From: Chiloscyllium plagiosum
Lineage: Eukaryota
DNA: 64,000 nt
Assembly (NCBI RefSeq): GCF_004010195.1
Contig: NC_057719.1
Location: 20,006,480 to 20,070,479, forward strand
Direction: 5' to 3'
A program made the position numbers and the translations under genes. Positions 1-13,600 of the stretch are shown here, piece after piece (position 1 is the first letter of the stretch; each line of letters starts with the position of its first letter). The notes below the pieces were generated by a model. The model was not told the origin of the DNA. It was given only the letters and a program-made list of their open reading frames with translations, and did not search any database.

Positions 1-1330
1 AGCAACCTCCTTGTACATCTTTTCTGATGGTAGACAGATTCTGAGGAGTCAGCAGTGGAAAGACTTTGTGGAGACTCGCTGTGGTATTCCTATTCCCTGA
101 CCTGCCCTTGTGTCTATAGTAATTATGGGGCTAGTAGAATTCAGTTTCTGGTCAATGAAATCCTCCAGGATGTTGATAATGGGGGATTCAATGCTATTGA
201 ATGTCAAAGGATTTACTCTTTCTAGAAATGGTGAATGTTTAGTACTCATGTGGCAAGAATGCGATTTGCTATTAATGAGTTCAAGTTTGGATGTTGTCCA
301 TCTTTTTCACATTATAGACCACTGTGCTTCAGTATCTAAGGGTTAGTACATAGCAGTCACCATTGTACATTCATCAAAGAACATCCCCATGTCTGACATT
401 ATAGTTTAGGGGAAGTCATTGATGAGGCAGTTAAAGATGATTTGATTGAGGATGCTATGCTGAAGAGCTCTTGCAAAAATGTCATGGGACTGGTATAATT
501 GGCCTCAGACAGCCATCTTCCTTTGTGCTAAATTTGACTCCAACCAACAAAACCAGCTGGCACTCCTTGATGACAGACACATTCTTAATACTTTTTGACG
601 TCAAGTCAGGTCACTCTTGTATCACACCTGGAATTTACTTCTTCTGTCCATCTTTGGGGCAAGACCAGTGAGCACAGGAGCTGGCAGAATCCAGAGTGAG
701 TGTCAGTGATTACGGGTTGTCCGTTTGCAATTGTTGATTAATAATACTGTCGATAACCCTCTCTGTCGCTTTGCTGATAATTCAAAGTAGACTGATAGGG
801 TGAGAATTGGCTGGACTGTATTGGGTCTATACAGGTTTTGTAGCTGTACTGGAACAGCTTAACAAGAGGCATGACTATTTCTGGGGCACGTCTCTTCACT
901 AAAATTGTTGGAACATTGTCAGGGCATAATATTTGCAGTTTTTAGTGCTTTTGCAGTTCCGTGACATCATTCACTAATTGAATTAGTTGAAGTCTTGCAA
1001 CCTATGAGGTTGGGGAACTAAGGATAAATAAATCATCTGCTTTGACCTTCTAGTTAAAGGTGATTGCAAATGCTTCAGGTTTTAGTTTTACACTCCTCTG
1101 CTGGACACCCCCATTGTTGAGGAAGGGGAATTTTGTCAGGCATTTTCCTCATGATTTTTGTTTAGTTATTCACCACTATTCACAACTGAATGTGACTAAA
1201 ATACAATCTTAAATAAGATCTGTTGGTTGTAGGATCATGCAGCCCTGACTATGGCATACTGCTTCTACGTAGCATACAATTATTCCTGTGTTGAACCTTC
1301 ATCAGGCTGACATCTAAGTTTTAGGTATAC
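1..1330 (-). mobile_element. Degenerate non-LTR retrotransposon (CR1/L2 group) RT fragment
   Basis: Minus-strand remnants ESPIINILEDFIDQKLN...TRAGQ.IGI (ORF 49-249). The segment at ~840-930 is the reverse complement of the PDNI...KTCAPEL..LAKLFQYSY region seen on + at 59490-59575. Many stops and frameshifts. Confidence 0.7.
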
Positions 1331-1929
1331 CCTCCCGCATATTCCCAAATAGTTTGGGAAGTGCTGGTGTAGAAGTCATAGGATAAGAAAGAACTTCAGA
1401 CAACTGCAACCCTCTTCAAATGCATAGAATGAATGCATTTGGGATTTATAAACATTGAAGAACATTTAGTGAGGAGCATATCGCTTAATTATTGATTACA
1501 GAACTTTTCTATGATGCAAGATGTGGCAGTGAAGAATTCACAGGTTGACAATATGGAGAGGACCTCAAAAAGTAATTCCATTTTCCTCGACATGAAGCTA
1601 AGCAGAGCAAAATCAAGTGGAGCCTGCAAGCTTATGGGGGCATGGGAGATATGTTTGGAGGGGGTTAGGGGTTGGGTGATAGCATTAACTTGAAGTTACA
1701 GTTCTATTTCTGTAATTTTAGCAGCAAGTTGGCAGACCTATGGGGAAATAATTGAAAATGGCTATTTCTGCCATGTCCCCTTTTCCTGCTCATCTATTTG
1801 TCTCCGAATAAATTTACTGTCAGAGAAACAGGAGAAGTTCTACTGAGCTTCAAGATCAGAGTATTTGATTGTTGAAGATGATAAAATCACTACCCAATGG
1901 GAGAATCAAGATAAATCATAATGCTAAGG

Positions 1930-2252
1930 TGAGGTGATGGCCTAGTGGTATTATCACTGGACTATTAATCCAGGTCAGGTTCTGGTTATTTGGGTTCAAA
2001 TCCCACCACAGCAGATGGTGGAATTTGAATTCAATAAAAACTTGGAATCAAGAATCTAAAAATGACCATGAATTTATTGTTGGGAAAAACCTATCTGGTT
2101 CACAAATGTCCTTTTGGGAAGGAAAGTGCCATCCTTACCTGGTCTGGCCAACATGTGATTCCAGATCCATAACAATGTGTTTGACTCTGGGCAATAAATG
2201 CTGGCCTAGTCAGCAACATCCTTATCCCATGAATGAATTTAAAAAAAAAAAC
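1930..2252 (+). mobile_element. tRNA-derived SINE (second family in the window, not HE1)
   Basis: A-box-like TGGCCTAGTGG, B-box-like GGTTCAAATCC, tail GGGCAATAAATGCTGGCC...CCCATGAATGAAT followed by an A-run. Homologous copies at 20757-21090 and 31520-31760. Confidence 0.75.
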
Positions 2253-3029
2253 CCTAAGGAATTAACACCAATGAATGTGAAGCTGGAGACAAAGACAGAA
2301 ATTGCTGGAGCAACTCAGCAAGAGTTAACATTTTACGTCTGGTGACTTTTCTCCAGAATGTGAAACTTGAGTGCCTTTTCAGTTTAACATGGAAGTGTTT
2401 GTCATTTCCTCTGATAGTACTGCTTGCTAGTTTGAAACTCCGTACTGTAGTATAAACCATTTTTTTCTTTGCAATGTTAATAATATTAAATGGAGGATGA
2501 GTTACAATTATAATCACAAGCTCAAACACGCTTTCAAACAAATTTTCTGGCACATGCAAACTGATTTCCATGGAAACTGGTAGAATCAGTATAATGCATC
2601 ATTAAACACATAAAAGCAATGCAGCCCTGTTTTTCCAGATAATAAACTAAGGTGTAAATGTCATTCAAACACTTTGAAACAAGTCATTCAGTTGCTTTTC
2701 TTTTTCACCATTTCCATAATGACAACAGAGCGTGATGCCCAGATTATTAATTTCACATGAGAACTGAATGCATTTGCGTACTAATAGCATATACTTCCAT
2801 ATTATGCTCTAGCATTTTCACAATAACACATGCACAGCTTGGGTTACCTTTGAGGTACCATTAATAACTATTCTGCAATAGGACATAATTGTCTGATAGA
2901 TTGTGGGACAATATGAACTTGATACAATTTTAGCTGTGAACAATGCCAAGGGAGATCATGAAAACTTGAAGATAAGAGAAACATAGCCAAGCATTGAATA
3001 TGGTTTGAAAGAAAACTGATGCAATAAAA

Positions 3030-4400
3030 AAAGTCAACTTAGTTAGAGGACACTCTAACTGAATGTACACTGCATTCACGATAAGGTAGAAGATTTAAAG
3101 GCACAAGTAGAGATATGGAAATGATCCAATGACCATTCCAGAAATATGGAGATCAAACCAAGCATTAAATATTCAAGGGTATTCAAAGTTTAGAAAGGAT
3201 GGGAAGGCAAAGGAGATGGAGTCATATGTGATATGATTAAAAGATCAGTAAGGGAGGACTTCACATCAGAAAAACAATTTGTTTAGTTGGAGGTAGGAAA
3301 CAGCAAAGTGTAGCAGACATTGTTTGGAGTTATTTATTGGGCGCCAAATAATAGTGGGAGCATGGGGCAGGAGATGAATGAAGCATGTAGCGTAGACAAC
3401 ACAGTTATCATGGATTGTGCCAATAGACTATATAAATTAATTAGTTATTCAAGCTGTGGACGGTGAGTTTCAGGAGTGAGCTAGGGATTTTTTTTTACTG
3501 TAGTATGGAGAGGAAACTTTATTTTGCATCCAGTATTATGTAATGAAAAATGATTAATTGGCAGTCTTGCTGTAAAACATTCTTTAGGGATCAGTGACCA
3601 CAACATGATAACATGTTCGAAAATGAGGAAGATCAATCCAAGTAAGTATGTTAAATTTGAATGAGAGAAAGTTTGAAGGCATGGGACACAAATTGGCTGA
3701 GGTTGGTGAGAAAAATACATTTAAAGGCATGATGTACATTGGAAATGTATAATACAAAGTTTTTTAGGAATATAATGCATGATTTATAGCAACGATGTAT
3801 TCTCTTAATTTAAAAAACCTGAAAAAAAATGACCTGTCAACAATGACTAATAAAGGAAGTTTAGGATTGTCGAAGATTAAAAAAAATGTGTAAAGTTGCT
3901 AGAAATTGGTTTAAATCTGAGGACTGGGAAGTTTTTAGCTTACAGCAAAGGAAGGCCAACAAACTGAAAAGGAAAAGGAAATTAGAATATGAGCGCAATC
4001 TGGCAAAAAAAAACAGACAGGGAATGGAAAACCTTCCACTGATACAAAAAGGAAGTGTTTGGCTAAAATAAATGTGGGGTCATTACAGGCAGGGTAAGAC
4101 GAACTTATAATGGAGAATAAGCAAATAGAGGGAAGCTAAATGATTACTTTGTTTTTTTTCCACTAAGAAAGATATAAGAAATACTAGACCAGACTTAGAG
4201 TTCCCAGTGGTAAAGGAGAGTGAGGAGTTGAAGGAAATTAGTTCTGGTGAGAAGATTGTACTGGAGAAATTAATAGCGTTAAGAGTTAATAAATCCCCAA
4301 GAACTGATAGCCTACATCCCAGAGTGCTGAAGGAAGTTGCCATAGAAGAAGTCGAAGCATTGGTGATTGTCTTCCAAAATTCTATTGATTTTGGAATATT
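3030..4400 (+). mobile_element. Degenerate CR1 LINE ORF2 fragment (endonuclease to start of RT)
   Basis: Ends with KSPRTDSLHPRVLKEVAIEEVEALVIVFQNSID, matching the CR1 KSPGPDGLHPRVLKE motif. Upstream LGISDHNMI resembles the APE SDH motif. Confidence 0.75.
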
Positions 4401-4774
4401 CAGTTCTGGTTCCAATATCACCCTCACAAATTTCATTTGTGCCTTCTCAGTAACTTTATATTGTTTTTACAAAATGTATACCTGTACATAGTAATCAAAA
4501 GTTTAAGTCAACCAAAATTTCATTAATACTTGAAATAGCTTTCAACCCAATGTATTTTAATCATGTGCTTTCCAGGTCCAAAAAGCTAATTTTCGCCAGG
4601 GTTGCCTCAGCACCCAATTGTTCAATGTTTGACATCAGTCAATAATTGGCTGTGTTTAGTGTTATTGTAAAGATTCCTACTAATTGAATCTGCAATGACA
4701 AGTAACAGCAAAGAGCATTAAAAAAAAACTTTTTTCTTACTAATGAGACATTCTGTGATTGCTGCTGTCTTTGG

Positions 4775-4978
4775 ACAACAAAACATTCCTGATGAAGGGC
4801 TTATGCCTGAAATGTAGACTCTCCTGCACCTCGGATGCTGCCTAACTGGCTGTGCCTTTCCAGCATAGACAGGTAGAATCAGGAGGTGCAGATGTCGACG
4901 TTTCTGGTGTAATCCTTTTCAGGACTTTTCAACTCTGATCTCCAGCATCTTCAGACCTTACTTTCTCCAACAATACAT
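4775..4978. mobile_element. PLE terminal remnant (family A), with an antiparallel related terminus and decayed hammerhead cores
   Basis: CTGATGA-AGGGC-TTAT-GCCT-GAAAT-GTA at 4789 (+) and a second decayed core on - at ~4893-4925. Flanked by near-identical CAACAA(A/T)ACAT. Confidence 0.65.
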
Positions 4979-5127
4979 CTGGTTGCCCAGAAACATGATT
5001 ACCACCCCTGTACACATGGCTGTTGATTCCCTTCTGCCACTTATGCCAAGACCTTTGCTACCAGCTGGATCATTATGGAGCAGACCACTAGCATCGCCAA
5101 TAATCCAATTCCAGTGCCTTGACTACT

Positions 5128-5265
5128 TGAGTTGGAGGTGTTGGTGTTGAACTGGGTAGGACAAGGTCAAAAATCACATGCCATCAGGTTATAGATCAAT
5201 GGATTTATTTGAAAACACTAGCTTTCAGAGTGCTTCTCCTTCATTAGGTGATTTTTGAACATGAC
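5128..5265 (-). mobile_element. PLE terminal remnant (family D)
   Basis: Homologous to 28572-28660 and 38423-38590, with a decayed hammerhead (GAAAGCTAGTG on -). Confidence 0.6.
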
Positions 5266-7602
5266 TATTTGAGGGGAGTTCTATGATATTTTCCAGAACA
5301 TGTCTCCAAGTTTGTGGGATGTTGTTGCATTCTCTGAAATGTATTAGGAGTACACGACATTGCCATCAGGTATTTGGAGGCATCCTCAGTGGCATTCAGG
5401 ACCCGTACCCTTCAGGCAAGTACCTGTGAGTACCCACATAAATACAGATTGCCTTAAGATTTCATCTCCTCACTACCATTGCTCCACAATTCGCTAGATT
5501 TTGATCCAGCTGTGAGGTATCATTACAGAGTTCCCTTGATTCAAACTGCACCCACCACAAATCTTCCCCTAATAACAACATCCAATCAACACACCTAAGA
5601 ATATGGGAAAGAAAATGTTTTGGCCTGTGGGTGACTTTGCCAATCTAAATGGTTTGCCACATTGTGATCCAGCATTGTTAGTGGAAGGCTCTTGGCTTTC
5701 ACTTGGGGATGGCCTTGAAAGGTGATATCGAGTCATAAAGTCTCAGCCTTGGAACTCACTGCCTCGGTGTAGTCTTGACTGTTTTCTCTCCATTAATGTT
5801 GCCAGACCTGTGGAGTTTCTCCAGCAATTGCTGTTTTTATGTCAAGGGCATGCCTGGCATCTTGGTGTGTGGACTCATTAGTATTCTCTACACTGTCCCA
5901 CAGCAGTCTTCATCAGGGTCCCCTGGAGTACAATTCATCTGTGACTTCACCCTTTGGTGAGCTGCGTTCCATTTGTGCACGCTAATTTACCACATGTAAA
6001 TCCTAACTCCATATTACCATCGAAGGAAGGGAATCCTAATCTATGGGTCATGGCTTGCTGTTGAGTTATGGGCTGATCAGTTAGGGTCAGGATTTCCAAG
6101 ACAGAAGCAGCAGCTGTGGAATGAGGCTTTAGAGTTAAAAGACCTCGGACTGGCTCTGCAAACTCTTTAAGTGTGTACATGTTTATTCCCTGTGAGTGTG
6201 GCTTAATGTCATGAAATCTAACGCATGATCCCTGACACCTACAGAGCCCACAAAATGTTTCTTTGTGCCTAAGTCCCTGCCACTTCAACAACAACCCTAC
6301 AATCACACTCCTCTGCCCTTATTAAGCAGGGAGCATACCAAGTATAAATCATTTGTTGGCCACGTTAAGTGGACAGAAGGGTGGAGAATTACTGCTCCGA
6401 GATATATACAATGCCTGGAAGGTACATGGCTGTAAGTGTCAGATAAACATGCTCAAAGGCTTTCCTCATGGGTCTATCCATGCTGGATAGGCAGCCATTC
6501 CTGAAAATCTGAAATCAGTGGTGGAATTTCATTGAGGCCTGAGCAACATGGGCTGTGGTCACATTACTGGCAGAATCAGGCTTCTTGCTTTTTTTTTATG
6601 CATCCGTTGAGCTGCAAGGTGAGTCACTTGCTAGTGGCAATTTCCAATTATATTTGCTTATGTTATATATGCTTAAATACCTTATTAATGGCCCAACTCA
6701 TCTCATTAATATTTAGCTTTCTAACTTACCAAACAAGCCAGATCAAGAAGTCTTCACTTGGAAGTCAGCGTGGTACCTGGTGACGTCAGCTTGCTGTTTC
6801 TGTCAAAGGGCATCCATGTGACACCATTATCTCAGGGCACACTCCATAGGCGTGAGCACAGGTGTTGGCTTCCAACATGTGCCAGCCTATGACAATCCTT
6901 CTGGGTTATGTGCATGGAGGATACAAGATACTGTACATTTCAGTGCCGCACATTAATCTGCACCAGCCACTATCAATGTAATGCCACAGCACTTAGGGAC
7001 CCACACCCAGCTCATGGACTGGACCAGGCTGCATTTTAGCAGAGAAACAAAAATAGGAAGCTTGTCAGCAGGCCTCAGTCAAATCAAGGGATATAATCTT
7101 TAGTCAGAGGGTCATTACACAGTATGCTAAGAGCAGTCATTAATATTAGTCCAGGGGCTTAGACATGGTTAGTTAGCCACTTGGGATGGTCAGAGTCAGG
7201 ATGCTTCCCATATAAGGGATGAGGAGCTAAATGCATGTCTTGTCTCCTTTTGTCCGTTGTGGACTGCTTTTGTCCTGGAATGACAAAGAGGCAGGCATTA
7301 TGGAAAGTATTTTAAAGGTTATTAGATCAGGCTAAATATGCAGAGCGACTGTCTCCTACCTCCTCCAAAATAATCCAATTTCTTTCTAGCTTTCAACCCA
7401 TGCCTCTTCCCTTTCCTGGTCTGTGCCCAACACCATAGCCTTCTGCAAACTTGGTCATGACGTCCCATCTTCTCCATATAGTGCCTGTGGGCTTTTCTCC
7501 TATTCACAACTCATTCCACAAAACCCTGTTAATTTCCAGTTCCTCACTTCTTCCTTTCATTCCAGCTGTGGTGACTAGAAGATGGATTGCAAGACATGGT
7601 AA

Positions 7603-7907
7603 TTAGATTACTTTCAGTGTGGAAACAGGCCCTTCGGCCCAACAAGCCTACACCGACTCTCCAAAGAGCAACCCACCCAGACCCATTCCCCTACATTTAC
7701 CCCTTCACCTAACACTACAGGCAATTTAGCATGGCAAATTCACCTAACCAGCACATTTTTGGACTGTGGGAGGAAACCGGAGGAAACCCACGCAGACACA
7801 GGGAGAATGTGCAAACTCCACGCAGACAGTTGCCTGAGGCGGGAATTGAACCCGGGTCTCTGGCGCTGTGAGGCAGCAATGCTAACCACTGTGCCAATGT
7901 GCCACCC
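7603..7907 (-). mobile_element. HE1-type V-SINE, full length
   Basis: Reverse complement has a tRNA head (TGGCACAGTGG; GGTTCAATTCC), a V-domain-like core and the tail GGGCCGAAGGGCCTGTTTCCACACTG..TAATCTAA. Closely matches 39256-39570. Confidence 0.9.
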
Positions 7908-7987
7908 ACAACAGATCTTGCTGTTAAATTTTGTGGCTTGTGATGGAAATCCATAGGTTTGCTTTCCTGACCACGAACTATGTGGAT

Positions 7988-8105
7988 GGAAAGTGAGGAC
8001 TGCAAATGCTGGAGACCAGTCCTGATGAAAGGCTTATGCCCGAAATGTCGATTCTTCTGCTCCTCAGATGCTGCCTGAACTGCTGTGCTTTTTCAACACC
8101 ACACG
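7988..8105 (+). mobile_element. PLE terminal remnant (family A) with minimal hammerhead core
   Basis: GTC-CTGATGA-AAGGC-TTAT-GCCC-GAAAT-GTC-GATTC at ~8019-8054. Confidence 0.7.
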
Positions 8106-9364
8106 CTAAACACTATCTATATGCCCAACTGCTATCTTATAAATATCAGGACCTTTATGTTATTGATTTTGCTGAAATAGACATTTTCTAATGAACATTT
8201 CTTCCAGTTAAATCTTTGTGAATTTTTTACAATTTATTTGAAAGCAGTGAATATCAAAAATCTTGTATGTTTATGGTACTGCAAATTCACAGTGACCTGA
8301 CTAAAATGTCAATATAAATTAAACAAAGCTCAAAATCTGGTTTAACACTGACATTTTGAATGACAGAGCTGTACTGATTGATTGAAGCTACTGGGCTGCT
8401 TAAGCAAGACATACTGGTGATGGAGTTTCCATTTTCTTGAAAACCATCCCCAAGTAGTCATATTGCAGCAAGTTAAATGATGTGTCAGTCATTACTCAAC
8501 CTCCAGTGAATTATTTTGCGTAGAAAATCCTACATAATGTTTTTGACTTGCTAATAAACAATTTAGCTTAAGAATTGACTAGTGTCCAAAGTTATTAGTT
8601 GAATATTCAGTGAATTGTAACATTCCAGCCAGTAAGCGAATCAATATTGAAATATGGAAATAATTTGACTTACATAAAATCAATGGCAGGTAATTCTTCC
8701 TGGCATATGTCGCTGAAGGCTTTATAAAATTAATTTCAAAATTTTTTGACATGCCTATTTGAGTGAAATAGCATTTTGTTATCCTGCATATAAATTCAGT
8801 TAGAAGATGCCAATTACTTCATCAATGTAGCAGTATGATTTTAAGAAGAATGGAATAATATGTAGGAATTGCTTTTGAAATGGGAAAAGCTGATTAGCAG
8901 AACCCGATGATCTAGTCAGGAGTGGTCTTCATGCACATTTGGTTACATATCCACTTCTATTACATGCTGTCAGATGCTTAACAACTAAATGGCTCTGCTT
9001 CTAGAGGGATTTAAGAGTGAGATTATATTAGTGCTTTGTTTCTTTCTGCCTGGCTTACTTGAAATTGGAAATGCTCGCAAGCGAGAAGAAATAACGTCTT
9101 CCGATCTGGTGATCTGAAATTTCAGGCAAAGCTTTTTATGTTAAAAAGATTGCTTCATCCTAGACTGGAGACACCTCAGGTTTGTCAGTCCTCCAGGGTT
9201 GTCATTGAGTATTCAAGAATGAGCAATTAATGCCTTTGACCCGCCATTGCAAGTAACCAATGAGAAAATATCTTAGAGACATTAAAGCTGGCTTTTACAA
9301 AAAAATTTCTTGCTGTGTTTATATTGATTATAAACATAGTGGAGGTGAGGTTGGGGGAGAAACT

Positions 9365-9570
9365 ATAGATTCCTACAGTCCAGAAAGAGGTCATTCAGCT
9401 CATTGAGTTTGCACTGCGCCTCTGAAGAACATTCCACCCATGACCAGGCCCCTATTCTATCCCAGCAACCCTACATTTACCATGGCTAATCCACCTAACC
9501 TGCAGTTCCCTGCAGACAATTTAGCACAACCAGTCCACCAAAAGTGCATATCTTTGGACTATGGGAGAAA
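9365..9570 (-). mobile_element. Partial HE1-type SINE
   Basis: CATGGCTAATCCACCTAACCTGCA and TCTTTGGACTATGGGAG match the other HE1 copies. Confidence 0.65.
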
Positions 9571-10022
9571 TTTACTTTCAAAACGTGCTGGAGGTGGCAA
9601 GTTATTTGATGGAACATTCAGAAATGCACCCAAACAGAGTTAGCACACCTAGAACAAGCAAAGAAAAAAGGAAGAGCAAGTTGGGCCAATATTTTATGAT
9701 CTTCACTTCAGCCTTCTTGCTAACTGAAGCATGAAGCAGTAAAACAGATTGTTCAATTACCTCAGGCATCGGTTTCATTTATATGCTCGAGGCAATAAAA
9801 TCCGATCTGTGCTCAGAAAGGCTCAGCTGGTGATTTGGAGGCACTGATTGCACAGGAGCATTTTTCCCCTCCGACTGATAAAACTTCAAAATATCGGATT
9901 TTTGAACTCCTTCTGAACTGTCAAACAAGGCAAACATATTCTAAAAGATATAACAAGTATCAAATAATATTTAGTATCTCAAAACAAATAGCCTTAGTTT
10001 TAAATTTGTTGCATTTAGTTCA

Positions 10023-10310
10023 ATCTTACAGAGGTTTATAAAGTCGTGAGGAGCAGACAGAAGGTGAGTAACAAAGGTCTTTTCCCTAAGATAGGGGATT
10101 TCAAAACTAGAGGGCATAGGTTTAAAGTGAGAATAGAAAGATTTAAAAGGGACCTGAGGGCAATGTTTACACACAGAGGGTGTTCGGTTAGTGGAATGAA
10201 CTATCAGAGGAAGTGGTAAATGCAGGCATAGTTACAACATTTAAAAGCCTGTTTAGCAAGGACATGAACATGAAACGTTTAGAGGCATGTGGCTCAAATG
10301 CAAGTAAATA
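10023..10310 (+). mobile_element. CR1/HER1 LINE 3' fragment
   Basis: KTRGHRFKVR..RFKRDLRGN-type CR1 C-terminal coding remnant. Confidence 0.8.
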
Positions 10311-10670
10311 GAGTCATAGAGCTGTACAGCATGGCAACAGCTTTTCAGTCCAAATTGTCCATGCTGACCACTTCTGCGAAATTAATCCAGTCCCATTTGC
10401 CAGCATTGGTCTATATTCCTCTAAACCCTTCCTATTCTTATACCCATTTAGATGCTTTTTAAATATATTACAATTGTACCAGTCCCCACCACTTCCTTTG
10501 GCAGCTCATTCCATACATGCACCACTCGCTGCATGAAAAAGTTGCCCCTTAAATCCCTTTTAGATCTTTCTCCTCTCAACTTAAACATATGCCCTCCAAT
10601 TTTCAACACCTCACCCCAGAGAAAAGTCCTTGGCTATTCACCCTATCCATACCCCTCATGATTTTAATAA
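10311..10670 (-). mobile_element. CR1/HER1 LINE 3' fragment (inverted relative to its neighbour)
   Basis: Reverse complement of the CR1 3' end seen at 16250-16612 and 52320-52650. Confidence 0.8.
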
Positions 10671-10671
10671 T

Positions 10672-13600
10672 CATAGAAAATAGAACAGTGCAACACAGTA
10701 CAGACCCTTCGGCCCTTGATGTTGTGCCAAATGTCTATCCTACTCTAAGATCAAACTAACCTACATACACATCATCTTACTATCATCCGTGTGCCTATCC
10801 AAGAGTCGCTTAAATGTCCCAAATGTATCTGACTCTACTACCACTGCTGGCAGTACATTCCACACAACCACCATTCTCTGTGTAAAGAACTGACCTCTGA
10901 CATCTCTCCTAAACCTTGCTTCAATCACCTTAAAATTATGCACCTTCATGATAGCCATTTCTGCCCTCGGTAAATGTCTCTGACTATTCACTCTATCTAT
11001 GCCTCTCATCATCTTATACACCTCTATCAAGTCACCTCTCATCCTTCTTCGCTTCAATGAGAAAAGCCTTAACTCCCTTAACCTTTTTTTATAAGACATG
11101 CCCTCCAGTCCAGGCAGCATCCTGGTAAATCTCCTCTGCACCCTTTCTAAAGCTTCCACATTCTTCCTATAATGAGGCAAGCAGAACTGAACACAATATT
11201 CCAAGTGTGGTCTAACCAGGGCTCTATAAAGCTGCAGCATTACCTCACGGCTCTTAAGCTCAATCCCCTGCTAATGAAAGCCAGCACACCATATGCCTTC
11301 TTAACAACTCTCAATTTGGGTGGCAGCTTTGGGGGAATCTGTGGACATTGACACCAAGATCCCTCTGTTCATTCACACTGCCAAGAATCCTGCCTTTAGC
11401 CATGTATTCTGCATTCATATTCAAACTACCAAAATAAATCACTTCACAGTTTTCCAGATTGAACTCCATCTGCCACTTATTAGACCAGTTCTGCAACCTG
11501 TCAATGTCCCATTGCAACCCACAACAGCCCTGCACACTATCCACCACTCCAGCAACCTTCATCATAAACTTACTAACCCACCCTTCTACTTTCTCATCCA
11601 AGTCACTTATAAAATCACAAAGAGCAGAGGTCCCAGAACAGATCCCTGTGGAACATCAGTGGTCACCAAGCTCCACACTGAATACCATCTTCTACCACCC
11701 TCTGTCTTCTATGGGCCAGCCAAATCTGTATCCAGACAACCAAATTTCCCTGTATTCCATGCCTCCTTACTTTCTGAATGACCTTACCATGGGGAACCTT
11801 ATCAAACGCCTTGCTAAAATCATGTACACCACATCCACTGTTCCATCTTCATCAATGTGTTTTATCACATCCTTAAAGAATTCAGTAAAGCTTGTGAGGC
11901 ATGACTTGCCCCTCACAAAGCCATGCTGACTATCTCTAATCAAACTATGGCTTTCCAAGTAAGCATAAATCCTCTCCAATAATTTGCCCACCACACACAC
12001 ATAAGACTAATTTGCCTATAATTTCCAGGATTATCCCTATTCCCTTTCTTGACCAAGGGAATAACATTTGCCACCCTCCAATCATCTGGCACTACTCAAG
12101 TGCACAGTGAGGATGCAAAGATCATTGCCAAAGGCTCAACAATCTCTTCCCTCGCTTCCTGTAGTGACCTTTGATATATCCTGTTTGGCCCAGGGTCTTA
12201 TCTATCGTTTTGTTTTTTCAAAATTTTCAGCACTTTCTCCTTCTCAATGTCAATCTGTTTCAGCAGATCAGCATGTTTCACGTTGTCCTCACAAATGATA
12301 AGCTCCCTCTCAGTAGTGAATACTGAAGCAAAGTATTCATTAAGGGCCTCACCTACCTCCTCCGACTCCAAGGACCAATTTCCTCCACTATCCCTGATCG
12401 ACCCTACCCTCACTCCGGTCATCCTCTTTTACCTTATATAAGTGTAGAATCCCTTAGGGTTTGTCTTAACCCTACCATCTAAAGCTTTTTCATGCCTCCT
12501 TCGAGCTCTCGTAAGTCCATTCTTCAGTTCCTTCCTGGCAACCTTGTAACTCTCTAGAGCCCTGTCTGATCCTTGCTTCCTCAACCTTAAGTAAGCTTCC
12601 TTCTTCTTCTTGACAAGATGTTCTACATCCCTTGTCACCCAAGGTTCCTTCACCTTATCATCTCTTCCTTAGCTCAGTGGGACAAACCTATCCAGCGCTA
12701 TCAGCAAGTGCTCCCTTAACAACCTCTGCATTTCTGTCACGCATTTTCCTGAGAAGATCCGGTGCCAGTTTAGATTCCCCAGTTCCTGCCTAATAGCATT
12801 GTAATCCCCCCTCCCCCAGTTAAATACTTGTCCTGTGGCTCCTATGCCTCTCCATAACTAAAGTAAATGTCAGGAAGTTGTGATCACTATCACTGAAATG
12901 CTCTCCCATCAAGAGATCGGACTCCTAGCCTGGTTTGTTGCCAAGCATCAAATCCAATATGGCCTCCCCTCTCTTCGGCCTATCTATGTAGTGAGTCAGG
13001 GATCTTTCATGGACACCTAATAAAAACTGCTCCATCCAAACTATTTGAACTAAAGAGGTTCCAATCAATATTAAGGAAGTTGAAGTCACTCATGACAACA
13101 ATCCTGTTACTTCTACACTTTTCCAAGATCTGTCTCCCAATCTGGTCCTCTGTGTCTTTGTTTTCAGGGTTGGGGGGGGAGGGGGGGGGGCTTCTGCAGC
13201 AAGCTCCCAATTAAGTGACTGCTCCTTTCCTGTTTCTGACCTCCACCCATTCTGACTCTGAAGACAAACCCTCCTCAACTACCTCTTTTCCACAGCTGTG
13301 ATACTATCCCTGATTGAACAATGCCACTCCTCCACCTCTTTTACCTTTTATTCCTACTCATTTTAAAACATCTACACTCTGGACCATCCAACAACCATTC
13401 CTGCCCCTGTGATATCCAGGTCTCTTTAATGGCCACAAGATCATAGTTCCAACTACTGATCCATGCTCTGAGTTCATCAGCCTTATTACTGACACTTCTC
13501 GTCTTAAAATCCACACACTTCAACACATCATACTGACTGCAACTTTGCCCTATCAACTGTCTATCCCTTCTCACAGACTCTCTGCACGTTGCATCTGGCT

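Noticed and set aside
5300..7260. Harbinger transposase remnant
   Set aside because: Only faint motif hints, not enough to call without a profile search.
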